From positions 107,136,001-107,200,000 of the forward strand of contig CM097885.1 of the NCBI GenBank assembly GCA_044892525.1: DNA of 64,000 bases, written 5' to 3'. The notes below the pieces were generated by a model. That model ran no database searches and had not been told where the DNA came from. It saw only the letters and a program-made list of their open reading frames with translations. Source of the DNA: Schmidtea polychroa. Taxonomy: Eukaryota. The first letter of the stretch is position 1. Every line of letters begins with the position of its first letter. Positions 1-13,877 of this stretch are shown here, in pieces. A program made the position numbers and the translations under genes.

Positions 1-16
1 CAATGATGGAATAATC

Positions 17-805
17 GTGTTAATGTATAAAGGTTTTGAGTTAGATAATAATGAGTATTTATTTGATTGTGGTTGTGTACCACGAAAGCTTGATGAAGTT
101 CGATTTTTGACGAATCAGGAACCGTCGCAAATTTTTATAAATGATATAGTTTCTGTGAAACAAGTGAAATTAAAGAAAGTGGAAGAAAGTTTTAAAATTG
201 AATTACCAAATAGGAAAAATGATATAAGGGATAAAGATGATGAGACGCACGAGGAACAAGAAATGAGAAAAGATGAAATAGTAAATGAAATTAAAAAGAT
301 TATTGTTGAAAATGAGATGAAAACTGAAGTTAAAAATAAGGCTTTTATGATAGAGATGACGATTGATAATGATATAAAAGAAAAACAATGAAGAAGTTTG
401 TATGAAATTAGATGTAAGATAATACAGAGACTCCAAGAGGAGAGAGATCAGAACAACTCAGAGAAAACTGAGAAAGTTGTACATTGTCTAGTAAATGAAT
501 TATATGGTAAATTAGCAGAGAAAATAGAAGTAGAAAATTACGTGAGAAAAATTGAAAATTAGTTTAAAAAGAGGTTTGGTGTAGTGTTAAAGTATATAAA
601 AGAAAATACGGAGTTCTGCGATGATAGTGTAATAACCGCGGTGATGACAAGAGAAATGGATAGAGATATGGTCCTAACAATTATTAGTTATATTTTGTTA
701 GAAATCGAAACATATGACTACTTGGATATGGAAAAACAAGAGGAAATAATTAAAATGGCGAGCAGAGTTTTACATAAATATGTAGGAATGGATAAAGGAA
801 AATAG
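17..805 (+). pseudogene. Fragmented accessory ORFs of an unidentified (probably LTR) retroelement
   Basis: GFELDNNEYLFDCGCVP (17..391) matches FKGxELDDDEYLYDCWFIP read on the minus strand near 36690-36730. ORF 584..805 loosely resembles 3202..3573. The ORFs are broken by stops, and the family recurs in the window. Confidence 0.45.
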
Positions 806-907
806 AGGTTGAGAGAAATTAGTTGAACCAACAATTAACCCAGTGTTAGAAACTAGAGAAAAGAATGGCATTGCGCCGAAAAGGAAACCCGTAAAATTAC
901 CGTTGTA

Positions 908-1806
908 ATGTTTATGATCTTAATATTGTGTGCAATTATAACTCAAACCTCTTCGTAAATTGCATATGATTGCACTAAAACAAAGATTGGAAAAGTTTAT
1001 TCTATGGTGGATTAGCAATTAGTGACAAAATTAAAGACAATTCAAAAACTGTATAATTTCATACACATTCATCTTTGGACATAAGAGTGGAGGAATGTTG
1101 CTGTAATCGAACCGATGATGACGAAAATTTATATATATTGGACAGCCAAAGAACAACAGAAAATCAAAATCATTTTTCAAAACCAGACAATTGAGACATT
1201 GAGTAAAAGAAAATCTTTTGTCAAAAATGGGAATCTACAAAAACCTCTTCAGGGTTATGGAATCTCTACGAACAATCAATGGTCAACATTAGAATCTCAA
1301 GATTAAACAATATACCTTAATAACGAAACGAATCACGTTCAAATACAGATTTATAATAATGAAATAATTGTATCGTACGAATGAAAGGTTTTATAAATGA
1401 TAAAATTCAGGTAGTGTTAGACGGACGTCGACAACAAGCAAAATTTAGCCATCAAAATTCAGAAACCAAACCAACATCAAATGAATGCATGACGAGAATT
1501 AAACATTGCATGCAAAAAACCAACTCTGACCGGTGGCATACCGTGTTCATCGAAAATAGACCTATTAATCTTCATAATAATAAATTCGTTCAGAGAATAA
1601 CTAATAATCAAAATTTAACGTTATTATTGACATTCTTATGTATAAAATACAACAGTCTATCATTAAACTATAAAGAGAATCCATTCATTAGCAATTGTGT
1701 TAAAATATCGTTCATATTTGTAGTTATAGCCATTCCAATTGGCATTCTACTCATTTACATTATGATCACTATAATTATAGAAAAGGAGGACAAATTTTAT
1801 ATATGA
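908..1806 (+). pseudogene. Degraded envelope-like glycoprotein gene (signal peptide, AYDC motif, C-terminal TM)
   Basis: Frame from ATG 908 reads MFMILILCAIITQTSS*IAYDCTKTKIGKVYSMVD and continues in frame into ORF 1115..1306. A hydrophobic C-terminal segment (ISFIFVVIAIPIGILLIYIMITIII) lies in a shifted frame in ORF 1381..1806. Several stops. Confidence 0.4.
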
Positions 1807-2988
1807 CTTTCCGTATTCGGTACCGCGGAAATAATTACGGTTAGAGACATGGGCGTAGTAAGATATTGGTGGGTTACAGGTTAGCATACATTTTATCTCG
1901 TCGTGCTGTTTCCAGCGTAACCCAGAATACAATGATGTGTTATCGCTTGATACCCGTTGAGTGATCAACGTTGGTACTGTATCAAGGGTTTTAGTACCAG
2001 CAAGAAGTGAGCATGCGCCTGCATAATATAATTGTCCGGTACTCACTTGGAATCACGGACTGCCGATAGAAGGCCTATGTCCGATTTACATTGGTCCCTG
2101 CCATTAGATTGTGTTCCCAAATTTAACCTCGTCCCCTCAAAATATCACGGTCATCACACTTCTCATGAGGTATACTAAATTTGTTTTACTATAGACTCAT
2201 ATTACATTTATTTTAACATAGGCACATTTAAATTTGTGATAGAGATAGAGATAGAGACGTAAACTCATAGATTATCCCTCATTTGAGGTCGACACTTCGA
2301 TCAGGTGGGCCCTTTGAATTTTGCTCGAGCCAATTGCCCGGGCGTATCCTCTTCCTCGGCCTTCCGGATAGCTCAGGTGGATGAATCGCTGCCATTTCTA
2401 CCATCACCAGGTGAATCTGGGCCGTCACCTCTTGGTAAATCGCTTATGGTGGAGCTGCGTTTCTAATTTCCGGACTTGGAGACGGAGGGCCTGGATTTAA
2501 GTTTGATTTTTAGCGTTCTGCAGATGTAGCTGCTAGATCAGCTTCAAGCGCTTTTGCATCTTTGTGGGGGTTGAACCAAGTGCTTTCCAGTTCCCGGCAC
2601 CGCCCCTTTCGTTGACCCACAAGTGGATCTTGTGCCAGGTCCACTCGGTCTGGAGGCGGGAAATAGACTTTGCTGCTGGCTCGTCGACGGTAGTGCTGTT
2701 GTTTTTCCATTCGCTTGGCGCTTTGCGAGAGTGTCCTGCGCTTACGTACTGACCTGGAAACTTCCGCCTTGGCTGTTTTGGCTTGACATTGTTGAACAAC
2801 AACTATCTTTAAATTCTCGTAGCAAAATTTAAGAAGAACTAAATGAGATGGCGTGAGATGAGTGTCCTTGCATAGAAAAAACCTAGATCGACACTCGTGC
2901 CCGCCTATTCATTTACGCTCACATACATATACTCGCAGCATCTGTCACATCCGTCAGTCGGTATTCCCTGCAACTACCTGACCCGTGT

Positions 2989-5900
2989 TTATCCTCCATT
3001 TTCTATCATTGGTAGAGGTTGAAAGTTAAGCATCGGATATACTTCACGGGTTTGGTAATCTGCAATCCTCTGCAATGGTTTCATAGTTGTTTTATTTACT
3101 AGATTTCTAACCGTCTCCTCGGTATCATCTACTTCCTCAGTAGTCTTGTCTTTACTTTCTTTTTCTATTAGACTCACATCATACAGTATTTTCCATCTCC
3201 TTCAATTTATCCATAGAATAGAATTCCTTTTTAGTTTATTATATATTATTTTAGCTATATTTTCTACTTGATCCTTTTGATTGATTCGTAGAAATTTTTT
3301 GTATCTCGCTACTAAGTATGCCATCGCCGTAATCACTTTATCCCGATTCACTCCTGTTGTAAATAATATCTTTAACACGGTATCCTCATTTGCTTCTTCC
3401 GTACTCAATTCTCTAATTTCTTTCTCCATTAATTTAATCTTTTTAACTATATTTTCTATTAGCGCTGATGGCTTTGCTTCTGGGAATCGTCTCATATTCA
3501 TTGCTTTAATTAGCTCTGTTATCATATTCACATACTTATCCTCATCCTGATTTTTTGGAACATCATGTCTCATATTATTGACAATATCTCTTAGGCGCTC
3601 TGCTGCCTTTCTATCCTCTGACTTTTCAACTATCTAAGATTTACGAGGTCTTCCCCTTCCTCGTTTCAATGTCTCTACATCCTACATATTTGCTTGCTTA
3701 GCAATTTTTTCTATTGTCTCATGTAGATTATCATATTTAGTGTCATGGGGTTTAAAAATTACACCACTACCTGTTGGTGACTTTATAGGTACCTCTGATC
3801 CCACAATCTAAATAATTTGTCATAATCGTTTTTCTCGTTTACGCTTAATTCTACAGATGGAATTAATGTATCGATTTCATTGTTTTCTTGTCTTTCTATC
3901 ACCGCAGATATAATATTATTGTCAATTGCGTTTACTCATTAATAGATTCTATACCGTTAAAATATAACCTTATTTTATCATTGTCTCCTAATTTTCGGAC
4001 CAATTAGCTCTGGCCATCTGTTTCACTTTGTTTACTTTTGTGCAAACGTGTACCCCTGTACTATGTATAAGTGTTCTCAAAAGGTCCTTTGCGTCAATAG
4101 TTATGTTCAATGACTCATGCAGTTTCTGATTTTTTCTCACAAATTCGCCATAACATTTTATCATCTCTTTCAATTCTAACTCCAATTCAAATACTCTCGT
4201 CAAGTATTTTCTCATCTGCTTATCTCTCTTATCGAAACTCCTCATTATCCAAATCTAAGTCATTTGTAAAACATTGAAAATCATTTAACGACATCTCTAG
4301 AGTAGCGTATATAATGGCTGTTCCAATTCTAGACCTCACCCTACTTCAATGTTAAAAATTATTAAATGTTAAAATTTGAAAAATTAGTAATACCTTAGAC
4401 GGGTAGGGTGAGCCGGTGTCCCCATTATATACACTACTCTCTAGTTTCCTCTCAATAAGTCTCCCATATTGAGTTTTGAATTCTTTTAATTCCTCTCTCA
4501 AACTATTTATCTCATCATAAGCTGATATTAACTCAGCACTATTAATCTGTTTTATCTCAGGCTCATTTTTAAATCTTACTCTATTCGCGCATTATTACAT
4601 AAGTTAGCTAAGACGCCATATTTTTGACAATTATAACATTTAATCTGTCCATTAAAATTTACTTTATCTACCATCATTATTATACGGGCTTCCTCGCCTT
4701 TCTCTATATAAGTTTTGTCTACATGGACTTGTCTGTATATGTCTAAATTCATTTGTATTATCTCTATTATCATATCTATTATTTCTATTAGATCGGTTAT
4801 CTTTGAAATTATTTCTGTTAAAATCTGATGGACTATCTATAGCAAAATTATTTCTGTTATAATCAGAACGACCGTTTCTCTCAAAATTATTTCTGCTACT
4901 ATTATTTCTACTTTCAAAATTTCTATTTCTTGAATTGTCGAATCTTCTCCTGTTTTCAGGTGATTGACTTCTATCTAAGCTCAAACTGAACCTTCATCTA
5001 TTTTTACAAAAATTCAAATACAACTGCTTCATCTCCTCTCAAGGGATGTCAACATCAGACTTTCCTAACTCAGATTTCGCCTCTATTGGTTTCTGTATTT
5101 CTAGTGCATCCATATGTGAACTAAATCTGTCTCTTTGTATTGGCTCTATACGCTTAACTTTATGAACTAATTCATTTAGATTATCGTATTCGACCATGAT
5201 TAATGCCTTGTATAAATATTTTTGTATTTCAATCCAAAACTGATCCTCAATCAGCTTTGCTGTGTGCTCTCCTGCATCAAATGCTTTCTTTGCCAATTCA
5301 GTAATGTATATACATATTCTCCTACTGATTCTCTTGTTCCCTGATATCTATTCCTAAATATTTGAACATTTATTTATTGTAAGTCACTATCAATTACTAT
5401 CTCTGCTCTTAAATAACCTACAAGTTGACTAAAATTATTTCCCTTACATTCTAAATTGTTATATGCCTGTAACGCATAACATTTCAAATATAGTGGAATT
5501 CTCATTTTTAATTCATCAGGTGTCCAACCGCAAGCCTCTGAGCACTGAGAGATTTCAGTGAAAAAATCGTCGAACTTTTCGGGCTCTCCTCTATAAGGTT
5601 CTACTGGTAAAATTTTAATAAAGTTATTGTTATTATTATTATTCATCCTATATACTATTCTGTTTCTCAAATTATAAATTATTTCGGGTGGGTTATCTAT
5701 TTTAACTTTAGAGTTTACTTTATAATTTTCGAAAAACTGATTTTATTTATTTAGAATTGATCAATGATATTAATTTAGATAAATATCCCGATATAGCTAC
5801 ACTAACCCTCTGATCGCAATTCCTATCCTCCAATTGTAAATAACAAAAATTGATTTTAAAGTCCCGATTGGCGGCACCAAATGTTGAGGTCTCGTTTTTC

Positions 5901-6295
5901 GAAAATCCCAACCTTACTGGTTCTTATATATAAGAAAATAACAAAGACAAAAACTGTTTAAAAATGTTTATTTAAAATCAAAAATTTACCAACTGAATGT
6001 ACAGTTTCTTTCGATTTCAGATACTGAATAATGCGTGAAAATATGTAATTGTGTGACTGTTATGTTATTTCGTGCTTTTTTAGACTTTTCTGTTGTGTCC
6101 GTCTGAGTTAAAAATCTAATAAGGATTTACCTTTTTAGATTATGAAAAAAGTGGTTTTATTTTTGGGCGAAGAATAGTGATATTAAGTCGCTATTTATAC
6201 TATTCTATGCTTGTTAGATTATAATAATTTAATTAATTTGTTTTTAAGTGTCCTTGATAAAGATTTGAATTATATTTTTATACTTCATCCCAACA
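2989..6295 (-). mobile_element. Decayed LTR retroelement: LTR, PBS, gag remnants and accessory ORFs, no pol seen
   Basis: LTR-like TGTTG...CAACA at 5882-6295 and PBS at 5862-5879. Gag-like fragments at 5374..5670 (PVEPYRGEPEKFDDF...GW...IPLYLKCYALQAYNNL) and 5039..5296, an R/N/S-rich region, and a degenerate zinc knuckle CYNCQKYGVLANLC (4576..4773). Confidence 0.65.
5862..5879 (-). promoter_or_regulatory. Primer-binding site, tRNA-His-like (TGGTGCCGCCAATCGGGA)
   Basis: Starts 2 nt after the LTR-terminal CA on the minus strand and begins TGGTGCCG like the standard tRNA-His PBS, but diverges internally. Confidence 0.6.
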
Positions 6296-6984
6296 CAATA
6301 GTTATAAAAATTCATAGAGTAGAGTAGTTGACAGATTAATCAGCGACCCTAGAAAATCTAAACAAAACGATGGTAATTGTGACGCTGTAGACAGATAGAA
6401 TGCCACAACTCCATATTTGTAATAATATTTGTGTTTTCTATATAATGATTAAAAGTTCATATATTTTCTTTTCGATACTTTATGTATATGATTTTAATTG
6501 ATACTTAATGAATTTTGATTAATTAAATTAAATTTTGTTTTATTAATTATTTTTTTAAGTATTTTTCTGTATTTTATGCGTGGTGTTTATTTGGTTTTAT
6601 TTTTAACTCGATGTCTTTTCCTACATTCTATATTACCAGGCAACACTTTTTCAAATTGGCAAGGATTTTTTTTTGAAAGCCTAGATCAAAAGTTGAAATT
6701 TCAAAATTGTTAAATTAAAATTAAACCGATTTTAAAAACTTTTAATTTTATGATTTAAATCTAATTAAAAAATAATAGTTTGCATTATTTTGCAAAAATG
6801 TAATTGTGTTAGCAATATTTTAAATTGTTTAAATATATGAAAACCTTTATAAATTTGATATTATTTTTTAATTTGATTAAAATATTTATCTGTATATTTA
6901 TTTAAATTTTTGAGGTACAATATTGAATTTTTTATATTTTTAAAAAAATTTCCTATTACTTTGAATAACTTGATTTTAGATTGA

Positions 6985-9900
6985 ATGGACCTAAATAGTT
7001 TTTCGTGCATCAAAAAGTCTATAATAAATTCTGACAATGATAAAATTGCTGGACTTTATAATATTGGTAGTACAATAGGTAAAGGCCATTATGCTGTAGT
7101 TAAAGAAGCTAAACATGCATTTACTGGTGAAAAAGTTGCAATAAAAGTTATAGATAAAACGAAATTAGATTTACAATCTCGTGAACATTTATTCTCAGAG
7201 GTTATGTGTATGAAATTAGTGCAACATCCAAATGTCGTGAGATTATATGAAGTTATTGATACATCAACTAAATTATATTTAATATTGGAATTGGGCGATG
7301 GTGGAGATTTGTATGATTATATAATGAAATTTGAAAACGGACTCCCTGAAATTAAGGCCAAACGATATTTTCGCCAGATTGTTCAAGCTATCGCATATTG
7401 TCATAATCTTCATGTTGTACATAGAGATTTAAAACCGGAAAATGTTGTTTTCTTTGAAAAAGTAGAACTCGTTAAACTTACGGATTTCGGATTTAGTAAT
7501 AAATTCATACCGGGAAAAACTCTAGATACATCATGTGGTTCTTTAGCATATTCTGCTCCTGAAATTTTGCTTGGAGATGCATATGATGCACCAAAGGTTG
7601 ATATATGGTCACTAGGAGTAATTTTGTACATGCTTGTTTGTGGTCATTTGCCTTTCGAGGAAGCAAATGATAGTGAAACACTTTCTAAAATAATGGATTG
7701 TAAATATGAATTACCGATGCATTTATCAGATTCCTGTAAAAATCTCATTAAAAAAATGCTAGTCAGGGAACCGGAAAACCGATCTTGTCTAGAAGAAATC
7801 TTATTGGATAAATGGTTGGAATATGAAAACGAAAGCAATTATGTTTTGGATTCATTTTCTGTTCCACTCATCAGCCAAGAGCATTTAACTGTAGAAGAAC
7901 ACGTGGAAATTCTCACAAAAATGAGTGAAGGAAACCTGGCATCTGTAGAAGAAATCCAATCAATACTCGATAGGAATGAATATTCGTATATTAGTGCTAC
8001 ATACTTCCTATTGGCTGAACGGAAATTGAAGCGAAGATATTTTGAGAATTATTGCAAAATGAAGTTACTTGAAATGGAAAAGGACATCATTTTGCAGCCA
8101 ACACAAGAAATCACTGAAGAACCAATCGTTAATTTATCTCCTATTGGTCAGAAACCAGTGAACATTTCTCCGATTGTCGAAACGAGTGAAGATCGAATTC
8201 GCCGATTCAGTATGATTCTCGAAGACGAAGAGGATGAAGCCGAAGAGGAAGAGCTCGATGCCATGATTTCATTGGCGTCAGTCAGGGAGGAATTAGAATT
8301 GACTGTGCCAAAATTCGAAATTTCATCACAATCTGGAATTTCTGCACCATTCCCAAGTCGCTGTTGTTCACGATTGAGTGACTCAATCGATCAAGAAACT
8401 CCTGATCCAGAACTGAACAACAACTCCCGATTCTCAACCTTCCGTCAACAATTCACTACTAGAAATCGCTGCCGGTCAGCAATCTACAATCGCCGTTCAT
8501 TGATCTACTCAAGCCACTCTCTTTCGTCGATTCCCAGCTACAGTCAACTACTCAACAATATCCACGAAGAGAACAACAGTAATTGTCGAATTGTTGCCCA
8601 ATGCCACACAAAATCCCCACAAAAATCCAACAAGTTATCGATTATTCCCCGGTTTCAGCGTAATTTCTCAGCACAATTCAACAGACGAACAAATTCCATC
8701 TCGTCTGACGACAATTTCTACTACCTGACAAAGCATCGGGTCTCGCTGCCGAGTACGCACCCTCCACCAATCCAAACTATTCACAGCTCAAAGAAACGTT
8801 GCAGCTATCCGGCATTGTTCACACTATCCGGCAATAACAATCTCTCCCATAGCCATTCAAGCAGCGATTTATCCGACAACGAATTGTCAATTTTGCGTGG
8901 TTTTAACGAACGCAAATTCGTTGCCGTTCCAAAATCGTTTGGCAGCAAGCATTTCTATTCGGGATCTCATTCGAAATATGTCAACTTGAAGCCACATACG
9001 CCGGAATTGATGATGTCGAATAGTTCTATTGACAGTGATGGCTCCTTGGCAACCACTATCGGCACAACTGGGCCTTTGGGGAGTGGTCCAAAACTGTTCT
9101 GTTCCACTAATCGCCGATTGCGAATAAAATCCGGTAGGAGTCGACCGAGCTCAATGGGAGCAACAATGGGCACACCTTTCGATGATTTCCAATCGATGAT
9201 GTGCGGAGGAGTATCTCAGATAATATCCGAGGAACAAATCCCGATTGGCAATAGCAATAATAACGGCAATAATAATAATAACAATGACAGCAGCAACAAC
9301 AGTGCCAACTCTCAGGTGGTCAGTGGTTCACTAGCAAGCAGTCCAACAGTTGCCAGTATGACAATGCATCGAGATATTTGTGCCCCGATTCACGAGGAGG
9401 AAGAGTTGATTCGATCTCGCAGTTATATTGACAAAGAAACAAGCCTGGATAACGTCGGAGCAGGAGGATGTGGTGGAGGAGGCTCGTATCGCAGTGTATC
9501 AGTTGATTGTCGGCGTAAATCTGAATCCGCTGACGGCACGCCAGCAAAATGGATACCGACAAATGGTGGCAGTGGTATTGGAGGAATAATCAATCGCAGC
9601 TATGTGGCCTCTGGCAAACGACAATCCAATGTTGTTCCAATCACTGTTCCGTTGCAGTCCGCCCATAAATTGAACAGTCACAGTTTGTCTAGTCAATTGA
9701 CCCAATCAAATTTCAGTCTCAGTTCATTTGCCAGCAGCTTACGAGATTCTAAAGCAATGATGAATCTCGTTAGAGGAGCATTCGAGTTGCAATGCATGGC
9801 AAACAAAACCAAAACCAACTCGACCAGATCAAATTACTACACGGCCAATGATCGGTATCGATCGGATGGGGTTTGTGCGTCAGCCACTGTGAGTGGCCGT

Positions 9901-10239
9901 GAAAGTCGATGTGAATACGCGTCGGTGACCAGTTTGCCGATCGGTAATAAATCTCTTCATTCTCCCGATGATTCAGAGTCTCTGTTGGTTAGCAAGAATC
10001 AGGACTCGTCAGTGACAGCGACAAATTACAATTTCCAGAATTTAAATTCAAGAGTCGCATTAACAGGTGTCGATTCAAAGAACGGCGGAAAGAAGTGTCA
10101 CCATTCGGCAGATCAGATCGATTGCAATAATACCGGGAAACCTGTAACTGGGTTCACTAACACAAATCCTTTCATTCGTGCTAGTTCCAATATGAGTAGA
10201 AAAGCTAGATTTATTTTATCTTGTTGTCGAACGTCCTAG
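6985..10239 (+). CDS. SNRK: SNF-related serine/threonine kinase (AMPK-related family), intronless, with UBA domain and long Ser-rich tail
   Basis: [37 protein letters not shown]-loop [32 protein letters not shown] and a UBA-like segment ending [12 protein letters not shown]. These match the SNRK pattern. Confidence 0.92.
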   Translation: MDLNSFSCIKKSIINSDNDKIAGLYNIGSTIGKGHYAVVKEAKHAFTGEKVAIKVIDKTKLDLQSREHLFSEVMCMKLVQHPNVVRLYEVIDTSTKLYLILELGDGGDLYDYIMKFENGLPEIKAKRYFRQIVQAIAYCHNLHVVHRDLKPENVVFFEKVELVKLTDFGFSNKFIPGKTLDTSCGSLAYSAPEILLGDAYDAPKVDIWSLGVILYMLVCGHLPFEEANDSETLSKIMDCKYELPMHLSDSCKNLIKKMLVREPENRSCLEEILLDKWLEYENESNYVLDSFSVPLISQEHLTVEEHVEILTKMSEGNLASVEEIQSILDRNEYSYISATYFLLAERKLKRRYFENYCKMKLLEMEKDIILQPTQEITEEPIVNLSPIGQKPVNISPIVETSEDRIRRFSMILEDEEDEAEEEELDAMISLASVREELELTVPKFEISSQSGISAPFPSRCCSRLSDSIDQETPDPELNNNSRFSTFRQQFTTRNRCRSAIYNRRSLIYSSHSLSSIPSYSQLLNNIHEENNSNCRIVAQCHTKSPQKSNKLSIIPRFQRNFSAQFNRRTNSISSDDNFYYLTKHRVSLPSTHPPPIQTIHSSKKRCSYPALFTLSGNNNLSHSHSSSDLSDNELSILRGFNERKFVAVPKSFGSKHFYSGSHSKYVNLKPHTPELMMSNSSIDSDGSLATTIGTTGPLGSGPKLFCSTNRRLRIKSGRSRPSSMGATMGTPFDDFQSMMCGGVSQIISEEQIPIGNSNNNGNNNNNNDSSNNSANSQVVSGSLASSPTVASMTMHRDICAPIHEEEELIRSRSYIDKETSLDNVGAGGCGGGGSYRSVSVDCRRKSESADGTPAKWIPTNGGSGIGGIINRSYVASGKRQSNVVPITVPLQSAHKLNSHSLSSQLTQSNFSLSSFASSLRDSKAMMNLVRGAFELQCMANKTKTNSTRSNYYTANDRYRSDGVCASATVSGRESRCEYASVTSLPIGNKSLHSPDDSESLLVSKNQDSSVTATNYNFQNLNSRVALTGVDSKNGGKKCHHSADQIDCNNTGKPVTGFTNTNPFIRASSNMSRKARFILSCCRTS

Positions 10240-10253
10240 ACACCCGGCAAATT

Positions 10254-10282
10254 TATCTCTCTCTCTCTCTCTCTCTCTCTCT
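10254..10282. repeat. (TC)n microsatellite in the SNRK 3' region
   Basis: Visible tandem TC run just after the stop codon; edges approximate. Confidence 0.9.
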
Positions 10283-10549
10283 ATACATATATATATTTAA
10301 ATTCCTGAGTTTTAAAATTCTATTCATACAAAATGAGTTTCTATTGTATTAACACTGTATTTTTCTGTATGAAATTGTATTCGGAAATTTTTCGTCTGAA
10401 TAAATTTGTCTTTCAACAATTTTACTGTGTTTGTTTTTGTGATTGAATATTTTTTAAATTTTCGATAAATAATTTATACTTTTGACCATTTCGAAATTCA
10501 ATCTTCCATAAACATAAAAATGTATTTCTTAATAACTACATATTGACTA

Positions 10550-10753
10550 CCGTGTTATCCCGAATATAACGCGACCCCGAATTTAGAAAAAAAATACTCA
10601 TTGAAAAATTAAAATTAAGGAAATTCAATCAGATAAGCGTTTGGTTAGGTAATACATAGGTTATATTCATGACAATAAATTTAATTAATTTAAACCAAAA
10701 TTTAATAAAAATAAAATGTTAAAAATTGTCGCGTTATATTCGGGCTAATACAG
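10550..10753. mobile_element. Tc1/mariner (pogo/Tigger-like) MITE
   Basis: Imperfect TIRs CCGTGTTATCCCGAATATAACGCGA / TCGCGTTATATTCGGGCTAATACAG, flanked by TA on both sides. Confidence 0.75.
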
Positions 10754-13471
10754 TATTTTTATTTAATCAAAAAATATCACGCGAGTTACGTACAATTTGT
10801 AATTCTTTGTTTTTTTGGTTACAAAATTGCCAAATTTGAAAAATAAAATCACTCACGATTTGTAAATTAAAACAGAAATACTTCATATTTCACTTGTTCC
10901 AACGAAAAAATGACAAAATAAAAAATTGTGTTAAAAATGCTAACTTTACTAACCGGTTTCTAAATGATTTTGTTTCTTATTAATTTCATATACCCGTATG
11001 TGAACGAAATTAATGCTTTCTTTTAAAGAAAATCGCGAAATGAATTTAGTTGTTACAAATTATTTATTTACAGTGTCATTATTTCAACACTTCCGAGTAC
11101 AACAATAGGTTACAATAAATAATTTGTTGAAGTCACCAAAAAATTAAATGAAAATTTACTAAAATTGAAACTAGTAAAATAGTTAGAGATGGAATCAATG
11201 ACATAACGCGAACAAAATTATGAGAAAGTGCATATTTAAGTGTAAAAGCACCGACATCTGAATTTGCAATAATTAATTAACACTAGATTTACGGGTAAAA
11301 ATAGCCGTAAAAATAGGTATACCTATTTCGATATGCGAAATGAAGGAGTCGGTAGATGAGACTAATTAATATTTACCTATATTTCATGCCATATCTAGAA
11401 AAAACAACATGCATTCAAAAAATAATAAATCAGAATTATATGTAGCAATAGAATTTTAAATGAGTCAAATTGGCTCAGTCCGTAAATCTAGTGTTAATAA
11501 TTTGAATTTAAATCTGAAACGAGTTAGGAATATGAAAAAGAATGGCGAACTAGACAATAAAAATCTTAGAAAATTCACAAGAAAATGAAAAACGCAAAAT
11601 ATATTACTTTAAAAAATCTCCATCTGTAAATAATTAAAATACTCGCATTTTTAAGGAACATAATTATGACAACTTGATCACTGGAATTCGAAAACCCAAA
11701 TTACCATTAATAAACATTTATTTACAAGGGACATCCGAAAGCTTTGTTTGAAGATTTTTGAAAATTGTTTCAGCTAAAATTCAATAATATAGGGATAATT
11801 CGAATATGAAAGGGGAAACAAAACCAAAGAAACAAGAATTTGAAAGAGGCAGTCTTATAATTAGAAAACAAATCAAACAAAGAAAATTGACGGAGATAAC
11901 GGATACGGAAGTATTATATAAAAGAAGCCAGAGAATAGTAAATGATACCCTTAATTAAACAATAATTAGAAAGAATTAAGTGAAGTCTTTTGCAAAACCT
12001 AGCCAAATTTGCAGAAGTGGTTAACTCGTGAGCTAAGTACGGATCGTACAAATCTAGTGCGTGTATTGACAAGTGTAAATACAATTTAAGGAACAAAACT
12101 TATTATTTGGTAGAAAGAACACGAGGAATCGATAGTATCTACATACAAAATACTAATAATCCAACGCGATATAAACTTAATTATGATAATTTCATATTTT
12201 GCACAAGATTTGGATTGATTAACTTTGTTTATTTAATTAAAATGAAATATTTTAAAATGTTTATCAAATTATAATAGTTATGTTACATTATTAACATTAT
12301 AGGAAATCTGTCACAATTAAAATTTGGCATTACAGTATGAAGTCAATTCTTATATATTGAATAAAACAGTAAACAAGATATATATTAAAAATATTTATTT
12401 TTTTTCCAAAACGGAACATTTGTTTCCCTGCATAAATCATCGTGTACATAAACCAAATTAATATGAATAATATTTTCAGCAAGTGGGTAACTTCGAACAT
12501 AGTTTTGATTATTTTATTACTGGCGCTGAAGCAGTGCCATGCAGTAACTTTTGGAGGCTCTTTTCTAGCTCTTCTGTGGCAAATTCATCAATCATATCAT
12601 TGTAATCAATTGTTCTGATTGTTCATTTTAAATTTTACTTTCCTGTAACATTATAGACCTTAGATAATTTTCAATTAATTGTAGTTTTTAGTGTATTTAA
12701 TATTTTTGGGGGTCAAGTGTGATTGCCATTGTTGAACATGCGATAATCTGGTCCTTGTTGGGATTATGTAAGGAGATGCAGAAATCAAATTTAAACAGGA
12801 TTATTTAAATTTGAGTGGAAATTAGTTAAAATTTTATTGGGGATATCAATGATTTCATTTGGAAAAAAGTCAACGAATTTTACAGGTATTGGCGCTTAGG
12901 ATGTGTGTTGTTTAAATGCTACAGTGTCGCTGATAGATTTATCATCACCTTCTTCCTAAACACCTTCATGACTATTATCTTTCTACCACCCGTGTACCAT
13001 GGGAACTACCATGTTTGTAATGTACACATTGGCTGAAAATCAATGAGCAGATGAGCTCCATTACTAGAACTACTCCTCGTTGCATTTTCACTTTCGTGTT
13101 CAATTTTAGTAACTACAATTATTTTACAAATTCATTAAATTGGCGATTTAAAACAGGAATTTTAATTTAATTAAATTAATTTATTATTTATTATGGCATT
13201 TTCGAATAGAAATTAATACCATAACTTTTTATTAATTATTATTAATTATTTTCTACAAATTATTTTATAATCATTATTTCGGATTTAATTATGCCTCTTT
13301 TGTGTGCTAATTCAAGCCAAAATTAATTATATTGCTGTCTAATTTTGGTCTTTCGTATTCTAATGCAACCATAACTGTTTGCTCTTTTTTCTTTATCATT
13401 CCGTCTCCACGATGGATTTCAAATTCAAATGATGGATTTTATTCAAAGAAGTTGAAGTGCAGTGTTACAGT

Positions 13472-13877
13472 CAGTGCTTTTTTCTGGAAAAAAATGGTGC
13501 CGGAACGTATCTGTACTATCCTTTATATGCAAAAGAATGACGCTGAAATGAGCTAACAAATAAAATAATTATGCAGGACACAAAATATACACTTATTACC
13601 GACGACAGGAAACGATTTTAATGACGTAGAATATTAATGGCGTATATTTACCGCGAGCGTGTTTTATATAATAGTAATAACACATAGGAAGCACGGAGTT
13701 ATGATTCACTCGCTTTGGCGTACGACTACTACTTTTAATTTGATTGTAATTGACTATTTGAAATGTCAGAAATAAAACATGACAAAAAACCAGAACATAT
13801 GTCAATTTTTTTAAATCATTCAGCGAAAAAAGGTGCCGGAACGCCGTTCCGGAGCGTTCCGTCAGAAAAAAGCACTG
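13472..13877. mobile_element. Non-autonomous hAT-type MITE
   Basis: TIR CAGTGCTTTTTTCTG / CAGAAAAAAGCACTG with a perfect 8-bp TSD GTTACAGT (13464-13471 and 13878-13885). Confidence 0.88.

Noticed and set aside
11500-13100. Possible gag-like remnants on both strands
   Set aside because: Too degraded to support a family or boundaries.
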